This document shows, one piece after another, positions 1-13,055 of a DNA stretch of 64,000 nucleotides. A model generated the notes under the pieces. That model was not told the DNA's origin, ran no database searches, and saw only the letters and a list, made by a program, of their open reading frames with translations. The DNA is taken from NCBI GenBank assembly GCA_951406725.2, contig OX597825.1, forward strand, positions 25,420,001-25,484,000, given 5' to 3'. A program made the translations under genes and the position numbers. The stretch's first letter is position 1; every line of letters starts with the position of its first letter. The DNA comes from Octopus vulgaris. Lineage: Eukaryota.

Positions 1-112
1 AGGATTAAAGGCAAAGTCGACCTCGGCGGAATTTGAACTCACAACGTAACGCAGACGAGATACCGCTAAGCATTTCGCCCGGCGTGCTAACATTTCTGCC
101 AGCTCACCGCCT
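1..112 (-). mobile_element. tRNA-derived SINE family C (Nin/Deu-like central domain), partial
   Basis: Reverse complement of the GGCGGYGAGCTGGCAGAA...GAGTTCAAATTCCGCCGAGGTCGACTTTGCCTTT head that recurs more than 15 times in the window. Confidence 0.85.
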
Positions 113-129
113 TATACCTACATACCTAT

Positions 130-291
130 TTCTTTATTACCCACAAGGGGCTAAACACAGAGGGGACAAACAAGGACAGACATAGGTATTAAGTCGATTA
201 CATAGACCCCAGTGCGTAACTGGTACTTAATTTATCGACCCCGAAAGGATGAGAGGCAAAGTCGACCTCGGCGGAATTTGAACTCACAACG
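130..291 (-). mobile_element. SINE family C, 5'-truncated, with TSD
   Basis: Family C body and tail; TATACCTACATACCTA at 114-129 and 292-307. Confidence 0.85.
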
Positions 292-594
292 TATACCTAC
301 ATACCTACCTGTCTACATACCTACCTATCACCTACCTACCAACCTGCCTACCTACCTGCCTACCTACCTGCCTACCTACCTGCCTACCTACATACATATA
401 TACATACATTCATACGCAGGGAGATATATACATATATATACATGCATACCATAACATACGTATATTCATGCATACATGGTTGCATGCTTACACACACATA
501 CGTATGTGTGTGCGTGTGTATACACGGCCATGCAAATACACACACACACACACGTATATATGCCCCATACTTATACATAGATACAAACATACGT

Positions 595-607
595 CTATGT
601 ATGTATG

Positions 608-641
<34 letters not shown>

Positions 642-643
642 TG

Positions 644-714
<71 letters not shown>

Positions 715-736
715 TTCTCTCTCTGTCTGTCTGTCC

Positions 737-808
<72 letters not shown>

Positions 809-820
809 GTCTGTCTGTCA

Positions 821-853
<33 letters not shown>

Positions 854-925
854 CCCACCTACCTACCTACCTACCTACCTACCTAATTACCTACCTACAT
901 ACCTACATACCTACCTACCTATCTA
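595..925. repeat. compound (ATGT)n/(ATCT)n/(GTCT)n/(ACCT)n microsatellite
   Basis: Directly visible tandem tetranucleotides. Confidence 0.95.
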
Positions 926-1329
926 TTTGCGAACACTGTCCCTCACCAGTCATTTCTATTACGTATTTATCCATTATATATAATATTTGCCGTAAATCAC
1001 CCAGATTAGCTGCTGACCTATATATATTCACACATATAAGTACTCTTCCTTTAAACTTTGTACAAACCACACACCACTTCTCATATATCCTTCCTTGTTG
1101 TCATTTCCTTTGTTTCTTTCTTAATCAAAGTTGTTCGACATGTTTCTACTCAGAAAGAGGAAATCGGAATCTAGATATAATAATACCCAGATGATAATAC
1201 TTTCCTAACACCTTGTATTTAAACAATACATTCTTGTCGTCAAATGTTTGTTTCGGAACACTTCTTCTCACAATGCCTATGTTCTATACAATTTTTTCAC
1301 GGAACCTGAAAAACTACAGCGGACCTCCG

Positions 1330-1480
1330 TACATACATACATACATACATACATACATACATACATACGTACGTACATAAATACATACATACATACATAC
1401 ATATATACATGCATACATACATACATACATACATACATACATACATTCATACATACATTCATACATACATACATTCATAC

Positions 1481-1511
<31 letters not shown>

Positions 1512-1540
1512 CATACATACATACATACATACATTCATAC

Positions 1541-1571
<31 letters not shown>

Positions 1572-1848
1572 CATACATACATACATACATACGTATATAC
1601 ATACATACATACTTACGTACATACATACATACATACATACATACATACATACATACTTACGTACATACATACATACATACATACATACATACATACATAC
1701 ATACATACATACATACATTCATACATACATTCATACATACATTCATACATACATTCATACATACATACATACATAAATACATACATACATACATATATAC
1801 ATGCATACATACATACATACATACATACATACATACATACATTCATAC

Positions 1849-1879
<31 letters not shown>

Positions 1880-1972
1880 CATACATACATACATACATAC
1901 ATACATACATACATACATACATACATACATACATACATACATACATACGTACGTACATACATACATACATAC
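1330..1972. repeat. long (ACAT)n microsatellite
   Basis: About 640 bp of ACAT with variant units. Confidence 0.97.
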
Positions 1973-2007
1973 AGAATATATATATTTTGAAAAAATATAT
2001 AGAATAT

Positions 2008-2120
2008 TGGCTGTGTGGTAAGTAGCTTGCTAACCAACCACATGGTTCCGGGTTCAGTCCCACTGCGTGGCACCCTGGGCAAGTGTCTTCTACTATAGCC
2101 TTGGACCGACCAAAGAAGCC

Positions 2121-2203
<83 letters not shown>

Positions 2204-2465
2204 TGTGTGTAAGTGTGTGTGTAAGTGTGTGTGTGTGTGTCTGTGTTTGTGTTTGTGTTTGTGTGTATGTGTGCTTGTGTGCCTGTGTTTGTCCCCCCAC
2301 CATCGTTTGACAACCGATACCGGTGTGTTTACGTCCCTGTAACTTTGCGGTTCGGCAAAAGACACCGATAGTACTAGGCTTACAAAGAATAAGTCCTGGG
2401 GGTTGATTTGTTCGACTAAAGGCGATGCTCCAGCATGGCCGCAGTCAAATGACCGAATCAAATAA
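2008..2465 (+). mobile_element. tRNA-derived SINE family B (CORE-like) with internal (TA)/(TG) microsatellite
   Basis: TGGCTGTGTGGTAAG A-box, GGTTCAGTCCC B-box, CCYTGGGCAAGTGTCTTC CORE-like segment, tail GCTCCAGCATGGCCGCAGTCAAATGAC. Confidence 0.85.
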
Positions 2466-2714
2466 AAAAATAAAAAGAATAATATATTCATTCTTTATTA
2501 TACAAGTTGATTACAAAATTTTACGCTTCCGTGTTTTTTGTTTGTTTTGATTAGTTAGACTATGAAGAGCTCCATCCATGACCTTCTTAAAGAAGGTTAT
2601 GACAGTTTATTTTTTATTTTTACTTGTCGAATCTAGAAAAGGGGGACAATGTCCATGGTCTGTGCAGGACCAGCCCATAACCTTTTGTAAGATCTCTGAG
2701 CGTTGTTTCATCTA

Positions 2715-2935
2715 TTATTTGTTTTTATTTGTTTCAGTGATCAAACTGTGACCATGCTGGAGCACCGCCTTGAGGAATTTTAGTCGAACAAATCGACCCC
2801 CTCCCGCCCAACTTATTTTGCTTTTAAGCCCGCTGCTTACGCTGTCGGTCTGTCTTGCCGAACTAAGTCACGGGGACGTAAACTCACCGACATCGGTTGT
2901 CAAGCGGTGGTGGAGGACAACCCCCCCCCCATCCG
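2715..2935 (-). mobile_element. SINE family B, 3' half
   Basis: Reverse complement of the family B tail. Confidence 0.75.
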
Positions 2936-3312
2936 CACATTCACATAAACACACATACACAGATACACACACACAAGTACGCATGCACACACGCACACAT
3001 ATCTGTTAACAATAGAATACGATACCGAAAAGGAAGGGAGATATTGGATTCTGTAGTTGGGATGGTCACAGCTGGAATGAATTTGATAGTGTGTCACGTA
3101 GTTTCGTGCTGACAACAACAATAGCAACAATCATATAGGTTTGAATTGAAATCTTGCTGTATAACAGTTTATAACATGTTATGCTCAGATACGAAAAAAA
3201 AAAAATTCAATTTGCAAGCAAATTCTTTTTGGATTTATACACGACTCCGTTGTTTGTATCTCCCATGCATGCCTGGCAGAATTTACAGACATGCATGGGA
3301 AGGAGTGAGAGA

Positions 3313-3388
<76 letters not shown>

Positions 3389-3464
3389 TGGAGGTAGGAG
3401 GCAGTGTATCTGTATGTGTATGTGTGTGTTGTACTTGTGTTGTTTAAGTATTTGATACTTATGT

Positions 3465-3660
3465 GGAGGCGCAATGGCCCAGTGGTTGGGGCAGCGGACT
3501 TGCGGTCGGAGGATCGCGGTTTCGATTCCCAGACCGGGCGTTGTGTGTGTTTATTGAGCAAAAACACCTAAAAGCTCCATGAGGTTCCGGCAGGGGGTGG
3601 TGGTGATCCCTGCTGTACTCTTTCACCACAACTTTCTCTCACTCTCTCTTCCTGTTTCTT
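3465..3660 (+). mobile_element. tRNA-derived SINE family A head and body
   Basis: GGAGGCGCAATGGCCCAGTGGTT A-box, GGTTTCGATTCCC B-box; recurs at about 9.1, 15.2, 20.9, 42.1, 44.8 and 50.7 kb. Confidence 0.85.
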
Positions 3661-3664
3661 GAGT

Positions 3665-4115
3665 ATTTCGTATCTTAACGTTCTGAGTTCAAATTCCGCC
3701 GAGGTCGACTTTGCTTTCATCCTTTCAGGGTCAATAAATTAAGTACAAGTTGTGTACTGAGGCCAATCTAATCTACTGGCTCCCTCCCCCAAAATTTCGG
3801 GCCTTGTGCCTTGAGTAGAAAAGCTGGCGAGCTGGCAGGAAGTTAGCAGGCCGGATGAAATTTCGTCTGCCGCTACGTTCTGAGTTCAAATTCCGCCGAG
3901 GTCGACTTTGCCTTTCATCCTTACGGGGTCGCTGTGTTTAGCCCCTTGTGGGTAGTAAAGAAATAGGTCTGCCGCTACGTTCTGAGTTCAGATTCCGTCG
4001 AGGTCGACTTTGCCTTTCATCCTTTCGGGGTCAATTAAATAAGTACCAGTTACGCACTGGGGTCGATATAATCGACTTAATCCGTTTGTCTGTCCTTGTT
4101 TGTCCTCTCTGTGTT
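3665..4115 (+). mobile_element. tandem cluster of family C SINE copies
   Basis: Three successive TTCTGAGTTCARATTCCG...GTCGACTTTGC units. Confidence 0.85.
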
Positions 4116-4118
4116 TAC

Positions 4119-4490
4119 TGTAGTGTTGAGTTAGTTGTCTGTACTTCATTGGTGTAAAGTTATTTTTGTTCTTGATCAAGATCTGTGACAACTGCCTCTC
4201 TGTTTTCAAAGGAGAGTCTTTCTTTACTTTGCTGTAGCTACCATCACTTATAAGACTTGCCAGTTTTTCCGAGTAGTCAGACTTGTTCATTACCACTGTA
4301 GCATTTCCCTTGTCCGCTGGAAGTATTATGATGGAATAGTCACTTTGTAGTCTTTTGATAGCGAACCTTTTCTTCCTTAGTGATGTTTGGTTTGAGAAGT
4401 TTCGCCTTTTCTAGTACTTGTCTCACTTTACACCTTAGTTCATCTTCCTCAGCTTTTGGTATCGCTAGGGCTATCTCCTCATAATTGCAG
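4119..4490 (-). mobile_element. Penelope-like retroelement fragment (region upstream of the RT core)
   Basis: Translates to LPADKGNATVVMNKSDYSEKLASLISDGSYSKVKKD and KPNITKEEK; the xADKGxxxVVM motif is typical of PLE polyproteins. Confidence 0.8.
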
Positions 4491-4519
4491 TTATTAATAA
4501 ATAGCATTACGCTGGTAAT

Positions 4520-5197
4520 GGAGGTGGTGGCGGTGGTGGCGGTGGTGGTGGTGGTCGTCGTCGTTGTCATCGTATGATACAAAAAGGTGAATGTAAAATA
4601 GTGGGGGATGGGAGTTTGTTAGTGTGGATGGTGTTGGTGGCAGCATTGACGACTACGGCGACGTGGACGACGGAGAAGAAAAAGAAGAAGAAGAAGAAGA
4701 AGAAGAAGAAGAAGAAGAAGAAGAAGATGATGATGATGATGATGACAAACATGATGATGAAGAAAAAGAAAGGAGAAGAAGAAGACTGGGAAGAGCAAGA
4801 GGAGAAGAATAAGAATAAGAATGGGAAGAGCAAGAGGAGAAGAGGATGAAGGAGAAGGGCAAGAGGAGGAGGAGGAGGAGAATAATAATAATAAGATGAT
4901 GATAATGATGATGATGATGATGATAAATATGATGATGATGACGAAAGAAAAAGGAGAAGAAGAAAGGGAAGCGCAGGAGAAAGGGAAGAAGACGGGGAAG
5001 AGCAACAGGGGGAGGAGGAGAAGAAGAAGAAGGGAAAAAGGAGGAATGATGAGGGTGTTGAGGAAGTGGAGGAGAAGGACGACGATGATGACAATGATGA
5101 TGGTGATAATGACGATGGTTGTGATTGTTTTGAAGAAAGATTATGACTTCAGTGAGAGTAGAGAATGGGAGTGAGAGAGGGGAAGAAAGAGAGAGAC

Positions 5198-5231
<34 letters not shown>

Positions 5232-5250
5232 GGAGAGAGAGAGAGAGAAA
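4520..5250. repeat. compound (GGT)/(GAA)/(GAT)/(GA) low-complexity tract
   Basis: Directly visible. Confidence 0.9.
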
Positions 5251-5641
5251 AGGTAAGCGTCAGTTTTAGAGGGTAAGGTTGAGGGGAAAGGCGGGTCCTG
5301 CAGAATTGCATTGTGCTTGAAAATATATAAACGGGAAACGCAAATGCATTGTGGGAATGGTCTTTAGTTGTTGGCAGTTAATCAATGCAAGCACGTCTCC
5401 GAAACGACGAAGTTTTATTAAACATAATAAGTTTTAATGAAAATTCACAGATGCCAAATTAAAATCATTTTCTCGATGAAAATGTTGGCAATTTCTATTA
5501 AATGACTCATTGATTAATTGATTATGAATGTTGTTGTTGCTGTTGTTGTTGTTGTTATTGTTGTTGTTGGTGGTGGTGGTAGTGTTGTTGTTGTTGTTGA
5601 TGTTGATGTTAGTGGTGGTGGTGGTGGTGGTGGTGGTAGTG

Positions 5642-5673
<32 letters not shown>

Positions 5674-6176
5674 GGCGGTGGTGGTGGTGGTTGTGGTTTA
5701 ACCCAAATCAATCACGATTGAGCAAGCCCATGATCAAAGACGTTTCGGCTGTGACCATCTCGTCTTTGTTTAAAAGACATAATGTATCTATGATTTCATT
5801 AATCTATGAATACGTAGTCTTATTTACTTATTTATCTATTTATTTATTTATTTATTATTATTTTCTTTTTGCTCTTTTGGAGTGTGGTGTATTTTTAAAA
5901 TGTTAAAGCAAGCATAGGCAACTTCGAGACAAGGTTCGTCATCAGGCGGGCCTCACTACTAAAATAAAACCCAAGGTAGGGTGTGCCATGGACAGCAGTT
6001 TTCCCATGACTGCGGTAATGTGGTTTAAAGGAAACTTGGACATTATTTCTAGCAGGTCAAGCGATCATACAGATGGTAGATACTCCCTAACTGGTTCAAT
6101 GGAATCGTTAATAAAGAGCAATGCAAGAAATTCTTTACTTTATTGTCATTCGGCGGTCGAGATTGTGCTGTTTATG

Positions 6177-6335
6177 CTTTCTACTCTAGGCACAAGGCCC
6201 GAAATTTTGCGGGAAGGGAGCCAGTAGATTAGATCAACCCCAGTACACAACTGGTACTTAATCTAAATTTAAAAGGATGAAAGCAAAGCTGACCTCGGCG
6301 GAATTTGAACTTAGAACGTAAAGACAGACGAAATA
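6177..6335 (-). mobile_element. SINE family C
   Basis: Reverse complement of the family C body. Confidence 0.75.
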
Positions 6336-6371
6336 CTCAAGAAACAGGAGGAGAGAGTGAGAGAAAGTTAT

Positions 6372-6965
6372 GTGGACGGAATGAGCAGGTGCATTGTCGT
6401 GGTGAAGTTGCCACTTCTTCGCCGCCCACACGTCCGGCCGCTTTCAACGTACAGCAACATGAAGGTGACGTATAACTTCCAGGTAATATCCCTTATTGAT
6501 TGGGGGCGTGCTGGTAGAAACGTTAGCAAACCGGGCGAAATGCTTCGCGGTATTTCGTCTGCTGCTCCGTTCTGAATTCAAATTCCGCCGAGGTCAACTT
6601 TGCCTTTCATCCTTTCGGGGTCGATAAATTAAGTACCAGTTACGCACTGGGGTCGATGTAATCGACTTAATACCTATGTCTGTCCTTGTTTGTCCCCTCT
6701 GTGTTTAACCCCTTGTGGGTAGTAAAGAAATAGGTATTTCGTCTGCGTTACGTTGTGAGTTCAAATTCCGCCGAGGTCGACTTTCCTCCCTTCGGGGTTG
6801 ATAAATTAAGTACCAGTTGCGTAGTGGGGTCGATCTAGCCTCCTCCTCAAAATTTTCGGGCCTTGTGCCTAGAGTAGAAAAAAATATTCCTTATTGATTG
6901 TTTGGCCTTGTGGTAAGTATTCATGATGCACAATACCACGGGAGTCATAGAAACAGTTCAGCATT
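6372..6965 (-). mobile_element. mariner transposase fragment interrupted by SINEs
   Basis: Removing the SINE and one TSD copy gives YDSRGIVHHEYLPQGQTINKEYYLEVIRHLHVAVR*KRPDVWAAKKWQLHHDNAPAHS. Confidence 0.85.
6503..6882 (+). mobile_element. family C SINE dimer with TSD
   Basis: Two units flanked by AATATYCCTTATTGATTG (about 6485-6502 and 6883-6900). Confidence 0.88.
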
Positions 6966-8543
6966 ATATCTGATCGATATTTTCGGTCATCTTGCGTGAA
7001 AACAAAAAATACCAGCAAGCGTGCATACACGTCTGTACTTTAGGCGTAATATCTAGAAACGGATGTGGCCTACCGGCGTGGAAATTTTCACGCATGCGCA
7101 GGAATATTGGTGTCACCGGTCATCCAAAGGATTTTATCCACGCGGCATTATTTTTGGCGAGAAAAGCTAATGTTGAATACCTTTTGAACGCACATCGTAA
7201 AGGCATACTTATCAATAATAGATAGTTTTCTTGGTTTAGGTAGAGACTTCCTCGTTGGCTCATTGTTCTTGGATATGATGTTGTTGTTACTGCTGATGGT
7301 GCTAATCGTGATGGTGATAGCTGTAGAGATAGCGATGTTTGTGAGGATGATGATGATGATGGTGAGATTTGTGGTTGTAACAATGATAATGGTTGAGCTG
7401 ATCCTGACTAAACCTAAATTTAAAATGGCGGAATATGTTTCATGCTTTCCACCATTTTCATTTATTTGAATTTGATGGTTGTTTTCGATTTGTAAAAGGA
7501 TACAAATAAACAAATAAATAAATAAATAAAAAGAAACAAAAATAGGAAAAAAAAAAGCAAACAAAAGCAAAAATGAAATAGGAATCTACAAACGTCGAAG
7601 AGATGGCATTCCCATCCCGCTACTAAATAGATATTTCGTGATGCCAATAGCCATCTCTGTTCTTACATCATTTGCCAAAGTCAATTTTCCAATTTTATTT
7701 CTTAGAAACCATTATTTTTCTAGTTAGTAAATTTTATGGTTTATTTATATTTTTCACTGAAATTTGTTGCCATTACTAAATAGAGAAAAAAGAAAAACAA
7801 CACAAATTGTAGTGGACCTGTTCGTGCAGAATTTTAAAACAACTGTTATTGTCTGTGGTGTAAAACCAATCAGACTTAGGTTTTATCTCTTAGGTAGTTT
7901 GCATAGAAAACAAGTAAATGTTTAGTATTTTAGTTTTTAAAAAAAATTACTAAACCACGCAAAGTAAAATGAATGTTTTTTTTTCCTCTGAAAAAAAAAA
8001 TTACCCCAAACCAAAAACGATATAAAAGCAAAACAAAGTCTGTAAATGTTGAATTTATATATAAACGTTGTCCTAAATATTAACTACTGGGAGACAATAT
8101 ATACACTTAGTAGAATAACATTGCATATAGATAGAGATACTGAGCCTATAATAGTCATAGCTTATAATTGTTAGATAGACACGTCTGGAAACTGATAGAT
8201 AGACACTGCCTGGAAATGCGAACGAGATTAGATAGAGTGCTTTTAGATTTTGACTAGACATAGTCTATAGATTTTCTTTTTGACTGAAAAACATAATATA
8301 GAGATATCGAATGTACACACAGAGTTTAAAGTTTTTTGTTGGATAACTAGTTTCCAAGATACAGTAGAAGGTAAATAAAACGTGATTAGACAGAGTGCTT
8401 CTAGCTGTTGACCAGACGTAACCCATTGAGTTTTTGACTGGACAAACACTGCGTCGAAATGTTCAATGTAGACATTCAGTTAATAATCTTAAATACATCC
8501 AGTTTATAAATTTTGGATGGATATTTCTCAAGAAGTTTTAGAT

Positions 8544-8915
8544 AGGCGCAGACGTGGCTGTGTGGTAAAAAGCTTGCTTCCTAACCATATGTTTCGGGGT
8601 TCAGTCCCACTGCGTGGCACTTTGGACAAGTGTCTTCTACTATAGCCTCAGGTGGATTTAGTTGACGGAAACTGAAAGAAGCTCGTCGTATGTATGTATG
8701 TATGTATGTATGTATGTATGTATGTATGTATGTATGTATGTATGTATGTATGTATGTATGCATGTATGTATGTATGTAGCTAAAGAATCGATAAAATAAG
8801 TATCAAGCTTTTAAAACAGAAAAGTACTGGGTTCCTCGAGACATTCTACTAAAATTTCTTCAAGACGGTGCCCCAGCTTGGCCGCAGTCTATTGACTGAA
8901 ACAAGTGAAAGATAG
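8544..8915 (+). mobile_element. SINE family B with internal (ATGT)n
   Basis: GGCGCAG..GTGGCTGTGTGGTAA head and family tail. Confidence 0.85.
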
Positions 8916-8970
8916 TAAAAAATCGTGAGTAGGCAGAATGCTTTTAAATGTTCAGCAGACACACCTCATA

Positions 8971-9283
8971 AAAAAAACGTCACCCTTTTCAAGCCTAGCC
9001 AGGCTCATGGGCCCCTTTTCCCGGATTCTGTGGCGTATGTGTTCCCCGCTGCTGGAAGGGACGCCAGTCCATCGCAGCGTTACTAAAAAAACAGGAAGAG
9101 ACAGTGAGAGAAAGTTGTGGCGAAAGAGAACAACAGGGGTCGCCACCACCCCTTGCCGGAGCCTCGTGGAGTTTTTCAGGTGTTTTCGCCCAATAAACAC
9201 ACACAACGTCCGGTCATGGAATCGAAACCGCGATCCTCTGACCGCGAGTCCGCTGCCCTAACCACTGGTCCATTGCGCGCCCA
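8971..9283 (-). mobile_element. SINE family A with alternative tail and 15-bp TSD
   Basis: TSD CAGACACACCTCATA at 8956-8970 and 9284-9298. Confidence 0.88.
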
Positions 9284-10179
9284 CAGACACACCTCATAGA
9301 CTAATTTAACTGGAAAACACTTCATGAAGTTATTGAATGTAAAGATATATTTTGACCACGTAGCGACCCACGTACTTTTCTTCTGACTATCAATTCCTTC
9401 TTAGACTTCGCCTTCTCTAGACATTCTTCCACTATCCGACGAAGAGTCATGCCCGAAATATGAAACATTTTACTTCAATTCTCTCACCGAACGTCAAACT
9501 AATATATTCACCATGTATGTCCATCTAACTTTTGTTGTTTTCATTTTTGTTTTTTCAATCTACCGTTCGTAAGCGATTTGTTTATCGTATTTTTTCTTGG
9601 GGTAAAACTCCATGATAATACTTACTACACATAGAAGCTACCATTGGATAAAATGCGTTGTTAAGATGTTGATTAGAGACAGTCTGTGCAATTTGACTGG
9701 ACAGACTGTACATTTTTGACTGCATACGTCTATCGTCCATTATGAAGATATTTAATACCAAGATGTTGAGTAGGTAGAGAAACACAGACAAAGAGGGAGA
9801 GAGAGAGAGACTGGCAGAAAGGGAAGGAGAGAGAGGGGGGAAGAGAGGGAGAGAGGATATGTGAGAAAGAGTGTAAAATATAGTTCGATACCACGATACA
9901 TTCTGTAGGTGCCGACTAGATAAGAATACAGAGGCCGTATCTTTTCAACAGGATTCAACATTATATCAATATTTAGTGAATAGACACCATCACTACAAGC
10001 TGTAGAAGTCCACTCTATTGATGAAATCTTCTATAGTATTGTTTATATAACCACACAGAGACTCGGTGTGAAGATTGCTTTAGGCTGACGTCTAAGTTAA
10101 TGACAAGACATGACCCGGAAGTAGATTCCATTTACTTTCGGTCTCACATGTCTCCCTCCATGTCTGCTTGCGACAAATA

Positions 10180-10181
<2 letters not shown>

Positions 10182-10233
<52 letters not shown>

Positions 10234-10259
10234 TGTGTATATATACATACATACATATA

Positions 10260-10303
<44 letters not shown>

Positions 10304-10313
10304 TATATGTGTG

Positions 10314-10357
<44 letters not shown>

Positions 10358-10507
10358 TCCATCCATTCGTACGCAGACACACACACACACCCACACACAC
10401 ACACACGTATACATACATGCACAACTGTATAAAATGTCGTTCTACCTCTCTCTCTCGCTCACACATGTATGCACATATGCATATGTAAGTATATATTGGC
10501 CTAAATA

Positions 10508-10542
<35 letters not shown>

Positions 10543-10609
10543 GCATGATTATATATTTTTATATATATGTATGTATATATATAAATATATATTTATATAT
10601 ATATGTATG

Positions 10610-10640
<31 letters not shown>

Positions 10641-10854
10641 GCGTGTATATACTCTTTTACTCTTTTACTTGTTTCAGTCATGTGACTGTGGCCATGTATA
10701 TATATAAATATACATACATAAATGCACACATACATACACATACACATACATGTCTGTATAGATATGCGTATATACGTTCATTCACGTATATAAAGTGTTT
10801 CTATACATCTATCTAAACATTTATATACATGCATATATGTAGCCACACGCATGG

Positions 10855-10940
<86 letters not shown>

Positions 10941-10960
10941 ACACACACACACACACAGTA
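10182..10960. repeat. (TG)n/(TA)n/(CA)n microsatellite cluster
   Basis: Directly visible. Confidence 0.93.
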
Positions 10961-11174
10961 CGAATTAAAAGCATCTTTAGCAATGTAAACATTATCGATC
11001 GCGCATGCTCAGTGTATGTGTTACGCTTATAAACAAGATAGCGTCCTGGGAAAGCTCCTTGTACGACGCCGAGAGTTAAAGAATATTTGAATGTCGCAGA
11101 GTAGGCGAGACAACTCTCAGTAAATTCAGTCTATAAACAGAAAAATCCCCAGTGTGTAAGTGCGAACGATAGTG

Positions 11175-11253
<79 letters not shown>

Positions 11254-11426
11254 CCCTGTCTGTCTATCTCTGTCTCCCTGTTTCCATGTCTCCCTGTGTG
11301 TCTGTCTCCCTGTCTCCCTGTCTGTCTGTCAATCTATCTATCTGTCTGTCTATCTGTATGTCTGTCTGACTGCTTATCTGTCTATCTATCTACATACATA
11401 TTTGAGTGTGTGCGTGTATACATACT

Positions 11427-11628
11427 TATTTCTTTACTACCCACAAGGGGCTAAACACAGAGGAGACAAACAAGGACAGACAAACGGATTAAGTCGATTA
11501 CATCGACCCCAGTGCGTAACTAGTACTTAATTTATCGACCCCGAAAGGATGAAAGGCAAAGTCGACCATGGCGGAATTTGAACTCAGAACGCAGCGGAAG
11601 ACGAAATACGTTCTGACAGCTCACCGCC
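11427..11628 (-). mobile_element. SINE family C with TSD
   Basis: TSD TATACATACT at 11417-11426 and 11629-11638. Confidence 0.85.
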
Positions 11629-11789
11629 TATACATACTGATGAAATGTGACGGTCGAGAGTGTCCTTCTCTTGACTACGGACAGTACGTCAATACCAGAG
11701 GCGTGCAACTTGTTCTGGCCCATAACATAATATAAAGGACCCGGCGATATCCGAGACGTTATAACTGGCGGCTGGAATTAAGAGCAAGA

Positions 11790-12050
11790 ACTCACCTTTT
11801 CATAACATGTCTCTGATTCTGATTGGTATCAACCACGTTGATACTCTTGAAACACCTTTTGGAACATAAAATGAGAAAACTGAAATTTTGTGCATATGTC
11901 ACGTGACGTTACGTCAGGTTGATTTCTATTTTTTTAAAGCGCTGAAGTCTTTTCTTCTTATAAATATCCTACTTATACGCCCTTCCTTCTATCTTTCTCT
12001 TTACACACACTCGTCCCTTGTGTGTGCTTGTGTGCGCCCGCCCCCGCGCG
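11790..12050 (-). promoter_or_regulatory. candidate Pol II promoter with first exon and splice donor
   Basis: GC box at about 12035-12046; GTCACGTGAC E-box overlapping TGACGTTACGTCA at 11898-11916; Inr-like TCAGTT on the minus strand at 11878-11883; AAG|GTGAGT donor at 11796/11795. Confidence 0.35.
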
Positions 12051-12503
12051 TGTGTATGTTACACGCAACATGACAGGAATTGTAAAAAAAAAAAACAACC
12101 TTTTTTCTTTCTCTCCACCTTTTTCTCTTTCTTCTCCACTTATGTTATAAAAACTCAATATGATTGAACTTTCAATAATGTATATTCGTTATGATCTTCA
12201 CCGAACGTTTACATTGATGTTACTATATATCTCCGCGAAACTCATTGAAATTTCTCTGAACATTTGAATATTTTATGGTTTAAACATGTTTGTCCAATTT
12301 TTACTTTCTAATTTTAAACTCTCTCAAACCACCATTTCTTCTTTTATATATTTGTATCATAGATAAGCAAAAAATTGTTGAAACGAATTTGGTATGTGAA
12401 TAAATCAATTTAAAAACGTCTACACGTTTTTAGATTGCAGTGCATTTTTAAACTTCAAAACAAATACTCCTATATTTTTTTCTGCGTTGTAATACACTTA
12501 TCT

Positions 12504-12580
<77 letters not shown>

Positions 12581-12590
12581 TGTATTAAGT

Positions 12591-12690
12591 ATGGTCATTT
12601 TTTTTTGCCAAATAAACAAAAAAAAATGACCATCACGAAATACAACAATATCTGTTTCAACACACGATTTCACGTCAGGAATCTTGCAAC

Positions 12691-12696
<6 letters not shown>
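12591..12696 (+). mobile_element. short PLE-type terminal fragment in (TA)n
   Basis: Carries the 34-nt terminal motif (12654-12687) and a 17-bp inverted repeat at 12591-12607/12617-12633. Confidence 0.55.
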
Positions 12697-12752
<56 letters not shown>

Positions 12753-12785
12753 ATATGTATACGTATATATATATGTATATGTATA

Positions 12786-12842
<57 letters not shown>

Positions 12843-12852
12843 ATGTATATGC

Positions 12853-12897
<45 letters not shown>

Positions 12898-13055
12898 CAC
12901 ACGTACAGATACATATATACACACACATACATATATGCGCGCGCACACACACTAGAAATTAAGAAAATCTTGACGTAGGAACATATATGAAAAAATCAGA
13001 TAAAAATACTCCTACAGAAGGGAAAAAGTGGCTCATATATACATATGTATGTCTA

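Noticed and set aside
3465-3540. tRNA genes here and at similar heads (30655-30723, 42105, 47045, 50760)
   Set aside because: Acceptor and anticodon stems do not close, and the sequences run into repeat bodies; they are SINE-type heads
5915-5950. CTGATGA on the minus strand
   Set aside because: Followed by GAAG instead of GAAA, with no convincing stems I and III
11038-11161. Plus-strand coding exon ending at GTAAGT
   Set aside because: All three frames contain stops and the acceptor is poor
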